A DNA stretch of 63,638 bases, the filler included, from Folioceros fuciformis (lineage: Eukaryota): the NCBI GenBank assembly GCA_049999805.1. It is 9 parts of 9 records of this genome, joined end to end, with 100 filler letters (N's around TTAATTAATTAA, not from the genome) between each part and the next. Parts side by side here need not be neighbours in the genome. Positions count along the whole stretch, not along the records: positions 46,859 to 51,114 come from JBNGIO010006001.1; positions 51,215 to 57,254 come from JBNGIO010006007.1; positions 57,355 to 59,565 come from JBNGIO010006011.1; positions 59,666 to 62,224 come from JBNGIO010006026.1; 5 more parts are not named here. The stretch is one strand, 5' to 3'. This document shows, piece by piece, positions 46,859 through 59,752 of this stretch (the first letter of the stretch is position 1; every line of letters begins with the position of its first letter). Made by a program: the position numbers and the translations under genes. Under the pieces are notes generated by a model. That model was given only the letters and a program-made list of their open reading frames with translations. It ran no database searches and had not been told where the DNA came from.

Positions 46859-49800
46859 CTGCAACAACCATTTGCGAATCGATGCACACGGTACCCATCC
46901 CTCACAACAATGTCTCTCTGCTCAAGCCTCGACATGATCGCCGTGGAGCTGTGGCAATCACTGCACATGCGTAGATTCTTGGTTACCATCAGAGGTGTCC
47001 CATTCGGAGTGTTCAACAGACCAAACGCCAGAGCTAGCTTCTCAGCATGTCCACAAAGCACGTCTTCTTTTTCCTTCTCACTCAGTGGCTTCAACACCAA
47101 CTTTGTGTGAGGTACGTGGCCTCCTTCCTGCTTCACACGCGCATTCGTGCTCTCTACCTTAAGCGCAATATCCTTTCTCCTTTCTCCCACCAGAAATCTG
47201 TGTACCTCCTTATTCACCTCAATGCTTGCCACTGCTGGCTTCTTCTTAGCTCCTGCTGCCTTTCTCTGTGTTTCGATCCTGTCTACATCGGTCCACCTAC
47301 CTGCATCTGCATAGGCATTGGCCATGAGAACATAGGCAGGTGCCTCCTGGGAGTCCAGCCTAACAATGCTTTCAAAACACCACACAGCCCTCTCTAGATC
47401 TCCGTGACTTTTGCAGGCATTCAACAAAGATGTCAAACACACCACATCACTTTGGCCCTCACATGATAATAGCATCCTCTCTGCCTCATCTAATTGGCCA
47501 GCACGCCCAAGCAGATCAATCATGCAGGTGTGATGCTCAACAGTAGGTCTGACACCATGCTGTTCAGCCATGGAATCAAAGAGCTTGCGACCCTCCTCGA
47601 CCAGACCCCCATGACTGCATGCTACTAGAAGGCAAGTAAAAGTAGCATCGTCAGGATGAACACCAGCAGCTAACATCTCCTCAAACCACGCTAGCGCCTT
47701 ACGACCTTCATCACAAGCACCATACCCAGCAATCAGGGCTGTCCATGTAACCACATCTTTAGTGGCCATGCTGTCAAAAACCTGGCGTGCATCTTCCACC
47801 TCACCACATTTTGCGTACATATCCACCAGGCAGGTTCCCACCACTACATCATCCAGCAGACCTCTGTTGACAATCTGTGAGTGAAGCTTCCTGGCTTTCT
47901 GCAAGGCACCAGTGCTTCCACACGCCTTCAGAAGGCAAGCAAAAGTAACACGGTCAGCCAAAACGAGGCCTGCCTCCTCCATCTGTGCATACACAACAAG
48001 CGCTTCTTGGCCGAGTCCTTGCTGTGCATACCCAGCAATCAGAGCATTCCATGTCACCACATCCTTAGTGGCCATGCCGTCAAAAACCTGGCGTGCATCT
48101 TCCAGCTCACCACATTTCGCATACATGTCCACCAGGCAGGTTCCCACCACTACATTATCCAGCAGTTCTGTTTCGACAATCTGTGAGTGCAGCTTCCTGC
48201 CCTTCTGCAAGGCACCAGTGCTTGCACACGCCTTCAGGAGGCAAGCAAAAGTAACACGGTCAGCCAAAACGAGGCCTGCCTCCTCCATTTGTGCATATAC
48301 AACAAGCGCCTCTTGGCCGAGTCCTTGCTGTGCATACCCATCGATCAGGGCCGTCCATGCCACCACATCCTTCGTGTCCATCCTGTCAAAAACCTGGCGT
48401 GCATATTCCAGCTCACCACATTTTGCATACATGTCCACCAGGCAGGTTCCCACCAGTACATCATCTAGCAGACCTCTGTGCACAATCTGTGAGTGAAGCT
48501 CCCTGCCTTTCTGCAAGGCACCAGTGCTTGCACACGCCTTCAAAAGGCAGGCAAAAGTAACACGGTCAGCCACCACGAGGCCCGCCTCCTCCATTTGTCC
48601 ATACACAACAAGTGCCTCTTGGCCGAGTCCTTGCTGTGCATACCCAGCGATCAGGACCGTCCATGTCACCACATCTTTCGTGTTCATGCTATCAAAAACC
48701 TGGCGTGCATCTTTCATTTGGCCACATTTTGCATACATGTCCACCAAGCAGCTGTTAACAAACAAGTCAGTACGGAAGCCACTGCGCAACACGTCGCAGT
48801 GCACTGTTCTGCCAGATTCTAAGTCGGCAGCAAATGCACAAGCTTGAAGGGCGGCTACAAAGACATAACCATTCGCCTTCACTTCTGACCTACGCATTTC
48901 ATGGTACAGTTGTATGGCCTCCTTCGGCTTCCCGTGCTTAGCATGTGCAGAGATTATGGAAAACCACATGAAGACATTCGGTTTCCCTACCCTGTTGAAC
49001 ACATCCATCGCCTCCTCTAGCCTACCTCCACATGCATACATGCGCAAGATATGGTTCCCCAAATATGCATTCGACTCGTACCCAAGTTTGACCGTGAGAT
49101 CATGAACTCGTCGCCCCACCACCAAATCCTTCTTAGCTGTACAGAGTTTTAACACTGTGTAAAACAGAGACTGAGAAACGCCAGAGTCTGACTGCACCAG
49201 AGATTCCAGGGCTCCAACGGCCTCAGAAAGCTTCCCCTGATGACATAACATGCTCACGGTTGCAGCAGTTACGACGCCCGTTTCCAATTCTGCACGCCTG
49301 CCAGACCCACGCTTATCCAGAGAGCTGGACTCGAAAGAAGAGACTCCATGGCCCATTGGATGTGGAAGTGCTGGGTTTCTTACACTGCTGCCCCTGGAGC
49401 CCATTTCACCATCTCTACGCCTTCCAGGTTCAGGATTATCTGGAGAGCTCAAGTTGGAAGGAGCGGAACCGAGACCCATCTGCTTATCCAAGGAGACGAG
49501 CCTGTCATCAACCCAAGCTGGCTTAAATTTGTTGTCCAACCACAGCACCTCACCGGACCCCTTACGCCGGAAGTGAGGGGAACGGGAGCTCTTCTTGTCT
49601 CGTCTGTTATCCCACCACATGGTAGGGTCCAGAAAAAGTTGTTGCCACAAGTGCTCCTGCTGCTCCTGGCAACTACCAGCATCGTCGGAAAACCCGTCCC
49701 TGCCCACACACCTTCTCGTTCTCGGAGGTGGAAGTGCTGGGCTCCTGACACTGCTGCACCTGGAGGCTTTGTTCGCAAAGGGTTCACTCCCGAAGCTGAG

Positions 49801-49890
49801 GTGAGCGGGGGTTCCTGGTAGAGTCCTTGTACACACACCAAGTCCAATTTGTTGGGTCCAAAACAGGTCCGGTTGCCATACTGTGGCCAT
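46859..49890 (-). CDS. PLS-class PPR-DYW:KP RNA-editing factor with N-terminal OSB-like PDF motif; last codons in gap
   Basis: KKKPAVASIEV (KP box), CGHAEKLA, KNLRMCSDCH, HRFANGCC, and N-terminal LWQQLFLDPTMWWDNR..PHFRRKGSGEVLWL..PAWV. Confidence 0.95.
47745..48745 (-). repeat. 306-bp (102-aa PLS triplet) internal tandem repeat, about 3 copies
   Basis: Near-identical DNA blocks at 306-bp spacing (47881/48187/48493). Confidence 0.9.
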
Positions 49891-50150
49891 CGTTCAGGGA
49901 CCGCTGTCGGAAGATGACTCTAACAAAAGTCTCGTCTAGGCAGATCCCCGGCCGGGTGCACTGGACATACGTGTGTATGACCACAGCAGCCTGAAGGGGT
50001 GAACCGTGAGCCGTCCTATAATACCTGTGGCCGAGCTGTCGGACTGGTGCTTCAGACCACTCGACCACTCGACCGTGTGACGGATATTAGGCAGTAACTT
50101 TATGTTTCAGTTTAGATATACAAAACAGTTAATTGCTTGTCAGCCGCATG

Positions 50151-50529
50151 TATGGAATATCCATACGGATAGGGCCTCTTTCACAGAAATTTTAGGGCAG
50201 CGGTATATGGTGCAAATAGTTTGGACATAATGTTTCTGCAGCTTTGGTCATTGGGCACAAAGTAGGTGTCCCGATCGAGATACCTATCTTACTTTATCCG
50301 TCACGTTCCAGTCCTTCACCTACTTTATTTTGTCTCTCATGTCCTAGTCCTTCACCTACTTTATTTTATCCCTCACGTCCCGGTCCGTCTCCTCCACTCA
50401 CACTCATTCCCTTTTTTTTTAAGTTAGGGTTAGGGCTGGTGGGTTCCACATCCACGGTTCAGCATCTTTCCTTCGGACCTTAGCGTTCACCGTCCTCAGC
50501 GTTCACCACCTCCATGCACACCCCTAATC
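50151..50529. repeat. Dispersed non-coding repeat, copy 2
   Basis: Paralog of 15867-16170, with an internal short tandem duplication (AGTCCTTCACCTACTTTATTTT). Confidence 0.85.
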
Positions 50530-51214
50530 GTATGAGTTTTCCCCACTCCAATGTACAATCTGCTCAAGGGGACGTTCCTTCTTGCCTTCCTTGCTATGCG
50601 ATGTGAGGAGGAAAAAGGGACAAACAAACGATAGTGGGGAATGAAATGGGCACATGAGGGCTTGGCAAACCTACACATGGTCTCACCCCACAACACACAC
50701 GCCCCTAAGGCAATGGACAGATCCCCCTTCCCCCCATTACTATAGAGAGAGAAGCAGGCAAATGCCTGTCCACGCCCACGGAGTAGCCTCCTCCTGCGTC
50801 CAAGCATGTAGGTAGGCATCCAAGGGCTCCATTCTGCTTTTGCAATCTCTGCACAATGTGGTCAAGGCCAAGTGCAAGCGGTACATATCAGGCATATAGT
50901 TGTCAATAGGATCGACTCCAATCTACGTGCAAGTGTAGGAGAGGAGAGGAGAGAAGAGAGGGTGGTATTGGTGATCACAACCATGAAAACAATACACATC
51001 ACCACTGTCTTACTATGGAGGTCCGAGGTCTCCATTTAAGTAGTACATTTAGGGCTACACAACTTCCAGGTTCAATATGGGATAATCTACACTATCCTAA
51101 GTTCACTAATAACTNNNNNNNNNNNNNNNNNNNNNNNNNNNNNNNNNNNNNNNNNNNNTTAATTAATTAANNNNNNNNNNNNNNNNNNNNNNNNNNNNNN
51201 NNNNNNNNNNNNNN

Positions 51215-54200
51215 GCTCTTCTTGAAGAAGAGTCTACTAGGCATACAAGCAAGGGTGGTTCTCACAAGGGAGACCACATTAATAGGGTGCTTTACACTAA
51301 AGGCCCTCGGAGGCAACCTCCACGACAAGCTTGGTCTGCTAGTAGCAGCAGTGGTAACACTAAGAAGAAACCAAGTGCTGCCACCACTAAGAAAAAAAGG
51401 CACCTGCAACTGGTGCTTGATTCCTGGACATTGGGAAGCTGAGTGTAGAAAGAAAAAGGCTGGAGAGCCTAAAAGGACTGCACCACCTGAAACCAATGTG
51501 GTACTTCGAAAAACCAACACCATACTTGCAGTCTGCCTTGTCTCATCTGTATCAGATAAGCACATCTGGTTCTTAGACTCCGGAGCCTCTGCACATATTT
51601 GTCATACAAAGGATTCCTTTGACAACTATAGACCAGTGCAACCTGGACAGTCAGTCAAGCTGGGGGATGACAGAGGTCTTACCATAGAAGGAGTCGGTAC
51701 AGTTCCAGTTGTCCTTGCAGATAAGACAACTATCCATCTTAGTGATGTGTTACATGTGCCTGACATGGCAAAGAATCTAGTGTCTATACGTAGGTTCACA
51801 GCTCAACATCCTCTTGACATCTCGTTCAGTAGAGATGAATGTCACATTACTGATCCACGGTTGGGAGACAAAGTAGTTGCAGTTGGTACCCCACTGCATG
51901 ACCTGTACAAGGTCAACTTTACCTCCAAGTTTGGCACACGTCCTGCAAGAGCACATGTGCATGTCAGTCAAGAGGAGAAACAACAGCAGCAGGCCATGCT
52001 ATGGCACTGCCGCCTGGCTCATGTCAACTTTGACAAACTAAAAACTATGGTGGCCAGTAACAATCTGTATAGAGAAAAATTTATGCTCAAGTTTGCAGAC
52101 AAGCAGTTCTGCGAATCATGTGTCTTCGGCAAACACAAGAGGCTACCCTATGCTGATAAGAATCCTACAAGAGCAACTAAGTTGCTGGAGCTCGTACATA
52201 CTGACCTATGTGGCCCCATGTCCACAGCCACCTTTGGAGGTGCACTCTATATTCTGTCCTTTTTAGATGACTGGAGCCGCTATGTGGTAGTATACCTGCT
52301 CAAACACAAAAGCCAAGCCTTGAGCCGCTTCCAGGAGTACGTTCCCTATGCACAAAGACAAACAGGCCAACTAATTAAGTGCCTTCGCAGTGATGGAGGA
52401 GGTGAGTTCTGTTCAAATGCTTTTGAGGAATACTGTAAGGACCTGGGGATAAGCAGACAATACACTGTACCTTACACATCTTCTCAAAACCCTCTTGCCG
52501 AGTTGAACAATAGACACCTTCAAGAAGCTGCTAAGTCTTTGCTTCAGTTTTCTGGTTTATCACGGGGTTACTGGGGTGAGGCAGTTGTAACAGCTGCATA
52601 TGTCAGAAATAGGCTACCCACAAAAGCCTTTGAGGGTGCCACTCCATTTCAGAGATGGACTAATCATAGACCAAGGATCAATCATCTGAGGATCTTCGGG
52701 TCGCCTGCGTATGCACACCTTGCAGAAAAACAACGCAGGAAGTTAGATTACAAATCCCGTAAGTATGTGTTTATTGGTTATACAGAAGGAATTGAAGGGT
52801 ATAAATTATATGACCCAATGTCTAGAACCACCACACATGCTAGGAGTGTAATCTTTAATGAGCAGCTGCTGTTACATCCACCTACAGCCAATGCACCTCA
52901 GCAGAACCCTACCTCAGACCAAGCTGATGAGCCTCATGACATCACCTTAGAAACTGGAACTATGTCTACATCTCAGACTTGTGCACAGCAGCAACAGATT
53001 AGAGTACCCTAGTCCTCTACACCATCATCCAGTCAGGCCCCACACCCATCTATGGATACTGACCTCTCAGATGACGATGACGAGCCAAGTGTGTTCCCTG
53101 ACAATGATAGTGAAGGGGAGGAGCCAGTCTCCTTTGAATCTGTGCACAATGCAAGTGATGGTGAGGAAGATCAGCCACATACAGAAACAGCAGCAGCAGG
53201 AAGTGCACCTGAACCTGAACTTAGAAGGAGCAGCCGAGTGCATACCTCTTCTCCAGCTGAGTGGAAGGAGCCACCACTTACATACAAAAGCTTTCTAGTC
53301 CAAGAGGATGCTGATCCCATGGATGCAGGAGACCCTCAGTCCTACCAAGAGGCTCTAAATTCACCAGATAAAGAAAAATGGAAGGAGGCCATTGAGTCTG
53401 AGTATAAATCTATTATGGATAACAAAACGTGGGTTCTTGAGGATCTCCCTGCAGGAAGGAAGGCTGTGACATGCAAATGGGTCTTCAAGACCAAGTTGGG
53501 AGCGGATGGGTCCATAGCCCGATACAAAGCAAGACTTGTAGCACGTGGCTACAGTCAGGTAGAAGGGCTAGATTACACAGAAACTTTCTCTCCAGTGGTG
53601 AGGGCCACATCTGTCCGTGCATTGCTGGCCTTGGCTGCTCAGAATGATTTCCTGTTACAGCACATGGATGTTAAAACCGCATTCCTGAACGGAAAATTAG
53701 AAGAAACAATTTATATGAAGCAACCAGAGGGTTATGTGGATCCTAAACATCCACAGAAAGTCTGTAGACTTATTAAAACTATCTATGGACTGAAGCAGTC
53801 CCCAAGAGAGTGGTATAAACGTATTGATGCCTATCTCAAGCAATGTGGCTTTGCACAAAGCGAAGCGGATTCAAATGTTTATAAACTACATGACAAGGAC
53901 GGTGTAGTATACCTGGCCCTGTACGTTGATGATGCGATCATCATGGCCAGTGGCCCAAAGCACATGGCAACAGTGAAAGGGTTTCTGACCTCTGAATTCT
54001 CTATGACAGATTTGGGCCAGCTAACATTCTTTCTTGGCATACAGATCCAGTAGAACCTTCCTGCACACACAATATTTATACATCAGTCCACATTTGTACA
54101 ACAAACCTTAGTCAGGTTCAGAATGCAGCATGCAAAGCCAGTGGCCACACCTATGGCTGTTGGAGATAAACTGACTCTTGCACAATGTCCAAAGACTGAA

Positions 54201-54920
54201 AAAGAAAGGCAGAAGATGGAATCCATACCGTACAGACAGGCAGTGGGAGTTTGCATATATTTCAGGAACTGGACACGTCCAGAGCTGTCACATGCTGTTG
54301 GGGTTGCATCCCAATTCTTGTCAAACTATGGTTCTGCCCACTGGCACGCTGTAGAGCGGATACTTAGATATCTTGGTACCAAACCAAGATTAGGTCTGCT
54401 ATATGCTAAGAGACCAGAAAGACTGCTACTTACCTGCTACTGTGACGCTGACTGGGCAGCGGACACTGATAGCAGAAGATCTATCTCAGCACATTGCCTT
54501 ATGCTAGGCAAAGATGAATACCAGTCAACAGTCATAGCCTGGCACTCAAAGAAGCAGCAAGTGGTAGCACTCTCCTCTACTGAGGCTGAGTACATAGCCA
54601 CTACAACGGCTGCCCAAGATATCCTCCACTGCCGGGAGCTGTTGGCATCACTAGGGGAGACACAATCTACCCCAACACCACTACTCAGCGATAACCAATC
54701 AGCCATCGCTCTATCTCAGAATCCGGTAATGCACGCACGCACTAAACATATAGACATTAAACACCACTTCATCAGACAGGTCATTTCAGAAGGACAGGTC
54801 AGTCTACAGTATGTTTCTACACACGAAAACATTGCTGACCTGCTAACAAAACCTCTGCCCCGGGACAAGCATGAGAAATTTTCTAGAGCCATGGGGTTAG
54901 TGGAGTGTCCGAATTCCTAA
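51215..54920 (+). mobile_element. Ty1/copia gag-pol, slightly degenerate
   Basis: CNWCLIPGHWEAEC, WFLDSGAS, WHCRLAH..CESC, RSDGGGE, YVDD, DADWA. Frameshifts near 51370 and 53010; stop at 54051. Confidence 0.93.
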
Positions 54921-56266
54921 CCTACCTACGTCACCTAGCTAGAGGAAAATACTGCTGCAAATGCATATAGGAGTCTTCAAGTCTTCTTGAACTGCCTGTA
55001 GGGCATTCTTGATGCACATCATCACCTTGGTTCTGCACCCAATACCACGCCAGAGCACAAGTTAGTATGCAAGATAGCAAAAAAAAAAAAAAAAAAAAAC
55101 CACCAAGGCAAGTAGGCAGTGGGAGAACTCGTCAAGTCTGAAAAATGCCTGCAGTCCCTAGTGGATTCGCACCTTGCATGCATGAATCTTGACCAGGCAG
55201 ATCACGGCGCGCGAGCGCAAGGGCAGGCGGATCACGGCGCGCGAGCGCGAAAGGGAGCGCAAATGAGCTAGCGGCTTCTTCGGCGTGCAAACGCCGATGG
55301 CGTTTCGACCGCCGACCTAGCCGCGAGCCCAAGCTCTAGCCGATGGCGTTTCCGCCGCCAAACCAGCCGCAAGGCAAGCCCTCGTACAAAGGTTTTATAT
55401 ATGCCCTAACTCGGCTGGAAAAATGCACGAAAAGTCGTTGTTTTCAGCATAATTAAAAAGCAGTAGGAAATAATCTAGCTAAGTGGGAGTAAAAGGAATA
55501 GGAGGTAGGATAAATAGTTATTAAATAGCCAGCATTATTTCCATAATTAATTAGGCTATAACATGAACTAACCGACGGATATGAATCACCGTGATTCATA
55601 CCGTCGTAACGAAACGGCAACCGCCACACGTCACGGGACACTCCCAACGGTCGTGTCCACCCGCACATCTTTTAAGCGGCCTCACGAGCACGCCATAATT
55701 CATTCCTTTTATGCAATCTATCTGCCATCGATCCTAGTTCTAGACACCTATAACAAAGTAGACTCTAACCCCCGACAGCGACTCCGACAATATTTCGTGA
55801 ACTATCAAGTGCATGGTTTAGTCCCCTTAATCATATGAACACCTTTCTGTTCAAAGCCCTCAACAAGAAGGGTATGCGTGGCCTTACATTCGCAAATAAA
55901 CTACATATACGAAACGTCAACTGGTACATGACTTAATTGTACTACCCTTCATGTTCACGGAAATCACAATCAAGGGCTCCGGCCTGCAAGCACCCACACA
56001 CACCCTACTCTTCTGACTACTCCTGCAACATATTTCCTTCTCATTGGCACTCGGAAACAAGAAGACATTGGCCAGACGCACTATCTAACACCAAATCTAC
56101 ATTTCCGAGGTGATCATCCACATGTTCTTCAAAGGTGTCGTTGTCTTCCATGGCATCCACTTCGGGCATGGTCATGCCATCGCCACCCACCGATTGAAGC
56201 TACCATGGGTGTTTGGAGAGTCTGTTGACCCGGGGCCAACATGTCTTCTATCCTTGTTCTCATCCG

Positions 56267-56749
56267 CTAGAACCCTAGTGGAACCGCCTGTGCTTGTGTC
56301 GCAGTTTGCTCAAACAAACTCATCTCCTTTGCCCAAAATTGAGTAGGATCTCGTCGGTGGGGTTCGTGATTCAACTCCTCTACTGCATCCGGTAGAAACT
56401 CGTACCCGTGAATTCTCTGAGGGATGAAATCTGCGCACCGCTTGTCGACATCTATGGCAATACAATTTCTTCCACAAAGAAGAGCCGCTAGTGTACAGAA
56501 CCCACGACATGCATCTATTATCCAATTGCCCTCCTTCAAGAAATTGGTGATCAGTTTCATCATGAGACCCACAAGTCTCTGATAAGCACAGACCACCAAC
56601 TTGTCCAGGGACATATAAAGAAGCTTCTTCACAACAGTGTCGTGTGAAATTACAGCCCAAAGTGTTAGGGAGCATAGACACTCTGGTCTTTCTACTACTC
56701 GCAGTACCAACCCATCCCACATTAATGTACTCGACTGTGTCAAAACCAC
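56267..56749 (-). pseudogene. Degenerate fragment of an N4C/N6A (beta-class-like) DNA methyltransferase
   Basis: YQRLVGLMMKLITNFLKEGNWIIDACRGFCTLAALLCGRNCIAIDVD matches the pattern QKPxxLxxxLIxxxSxxGDxVLDPFxGSGTTxxAAxxxGRxxIGxE (motifs X-I-II). Confidence 0.7.
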
Positions 56750-58401
56750 CCCTATTTCTTTATGGAGTATATTGCATGAAAATATGTTTCAATATCTTAT
56801 GTCTCTAACTATTTTTAATTCATTAATTAACTAACTTATGTCTCTTATGTTACAGGATAGTTACTGTATTTATAATATATTATCTATATGAGAGTTATCA
56901 ACATACAAACTCAAATTGGTCTGGCTTAGGTATCAAGCAAGTTTCTTCTAGAGTTCTATAAATAGATAAAACATTCTAAAAGTCCATCTTATGTGACGTA
57001 ATCTTACACTGGCCTTAGCTTAAAGTCCCCTCTTATTGTTGGTATAATCAATACCTATATGCATACTTTGTTGTGCATAGTTGGCAGTCGATGATTAAAA
57101 ATTATGTATGCCTCCTATGCGACCTTGATAATTTGCAAGGTTGATCGATTTAGCTACTTTGTTAGTCCTTAATCGAGTTGTTTGGCCTACAATTTGTATA
57201 CATATGGCCAATAAACACTAGACGTCTACAACTGAATGCATACCTACAAGAGTANNNNNNNNNNNNNNNNNNNNNNNNNNNNNNNNNNNNNNNNNNNNTT
57301 AATTAATTAANNNNNNNNNNNNNNNNNNNNNNNNNNNNNNNNNNNNNNNNNNNNTGAGGTACTTGATTCTATGGATAAGAGGTGAAGCCTTGAGCATTAG
57401 GGGTTTAAGCCCTGAAGGGTACCTCGGGCTACGCAGTTTAAACCGTGAACTCTACGGCCTACAGTACTTATTTTGATGCAGTTATTGCCGCTATTTTTGA
57501 ATTTGATTCTCATGGTACAGTGTAGAGAACTTTGTTTAGAAGTCTCAAGGATAACCTATGCATTATTACTTATAGTACAATGTATTGTAATGTTTTTTGA
57601 AAAATTGCTATAAGACATTGACAATTTCTTGAGTATTGGATGCGGGGAATCCTAAAACCTTAGAATTGAATGGGACACAGCAACACCCACAATTTATGTC
57701 TACGGGGTACATAAATGTTTGAACTTGTAATGTAAAGTAATAAGTACAACTGATCGAGCAGATTAATATGGAGGAGGATCAATGTGCAATGTAACCGTTA
57801 TTTCAAAACTATGCTTTAAGTACTTCTGTTGTTGAAGTTGAGCCCAAACCGGGAGTTGAAATTGCACTTATGCAATCCTACGCGCCCATTTTTTGAACCC
57901 CGCGGCCATTTCTAGAATTGCATCCTAACCCGTGTATCACGACGCAATTCCAATCATTTATTTGCATTCCGTTGATATTTCCTACTAAATTCCCAATTAT
58001 GTAATTTCATTCCTCCCTTCTACATCGGCTCCCTTTCTGTGTTAGTTTAGGGCTCTTCGTATTCAATGGTATATCTTTTACTACGTTTACACTCTTACCA
58101 TTATTTGTGGTAAATCTCCATATGTGTATTGCAATCTTAACCAAATATTGTGGAACATTCCCGTTCATTTATTTCTAATGAATTCCATGCATAAGGGTAG
58201 GTTTCCACATGTTAACTTCAATTATTTTCATTCCTACCATGTTTCCAAATCAATCCCTGATTATATATGCGTCGCCATACAATGTGATTGGTACACCCCC
58301 AATATTTTGCATGCTATCATATTGTTGTAATAGAATTCCCTCCCCTAGAAATAAAAATTTCCCGTGATCTACAATCCTGAAGTCCTAGGTTTCACAAACC
58401 C

Positions 58402-58488
58402 GGAGCGCTCCTACGTAGGGACCGCGCGGTCGCTACATGGGCTGTGGCGGACGCGACTGCGTCCGCCCCTGCGGAGGGGGGGCGCCCC
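58402..58488. other. Cluster of GC-rich palindromes and hairpins
   Basis: GGAGCGCTCC, CCTACGTAGG, GACCGCGCGGTC, GGCGGACGC-gact-GCGTCCGCC and GGGGCGCCCC in AT-rich surroundings. Confidence 0.8.
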
Positions 58489-59752
58489 TTGCAGACACCT
58501 GCGTCCGCTCGTCCGCCCGTGATTCCACACTGGTTTCTACAGTACGGTTTGTTTATTTCTTAAGGTTTGAGAGGACTATAATACAGACTTCATCCTAAAA
58601 TTCTAGGATTTAAGGCAGATGTCCGTCTTCGCTTGCTTTGGTGAATTTTCTCTTCCAAAAAAGCAATTGCATGCATTTACTTTGTTTAGGTTCTCAATGT
58701 ACTTGAAATTGTGATTGTAAAAAACAAAATCATTTCGGTCTTTGGAGACCTTGCATCCCACATTTTGGTAGTTCCTGACCCGTACAAAACTTCAATACTA
58801 CTGTAGTCTTACAGGACCTTGTGTACTATTTCCTTCTTTTAAATGAATGCCAAAATTGAGCCCTAACTTGTTGTTTTCAAATAAATTGAAAATTCATTCG
58901 CAAAATAATTCAAGTGCCCAAGTCTTTTCATTCCCAAAAACCGTTAGCCGGCAAACGGCCTATCAAATTTGCGACTGCAGTGTCACTAATCTTTGAAACA
59001 ATTAGAATTAATTATACACTCTTCATCTTTCTCTAACTGGAAATTTCACTAATGCTCTGAGTTCACCCCTCAACTCATTTTGATTTATGATGGAAAGAAA
59101 TACTTTCAAGTAAATACCACATTGTTTTACCTCCATCGTAGCATAAATTGCACAAGATTAGACAACAACGAGGAATCAAGTCAGATAATATATGGTTCCA
59201 TGTTATATAAACCAGAATACAAAAAATGCCAAAATACGACGTAGCACCCGCTGTGTCTAAACTCTAAAGTTCCGAACATGACAAGAATGTCATCTACGGA
59301 GAATGTCTTCTTCGTACAAATCAACGTACTAAAACAACACATAGTCCCCTAAACAACTAGAGCCGCCGGTCCTCCTTCTTTGGTGCACTACATGTTCCCA
59401 GGATTGCTCCAAGCTTCACATACACACTGCCGCATCAAGTATCGGTTTCATCCGCAGGAAGATCCACTGGATTGGTGGGGGTCCTCCCAGTCATACTAAA
59501 AACTATGGCATCCCTCGTCCGAGGGCGCAATCTACGAACCATGCTTGGGCTACTGGGGCCCGCCTNNNNNNNNNNNNNNNNNNNNNNNNNNNNNNNNNNN
59601 NNNNNNNNNTTAATTAATTAANNNNNNNNNNNNNNNNNNNNNNNNNNNNNNNNNNNNNNNNNNNNTTTTTAATCAAGTTTAGTCGAACCAACTGCTCCCC
59701 GCATAATTCACATGGTATCAGAGCACCAAATGCTCTCTACCCCTCCCAAGAC

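Noticed and set aside
57763-57790. Minus-strand IDPPPY as the missing MTase catalytic motif
   Set aside because: Extra Pro, immediate stop, no supporting ORF, and separated from the MTase fragment by a gap; probably chance.
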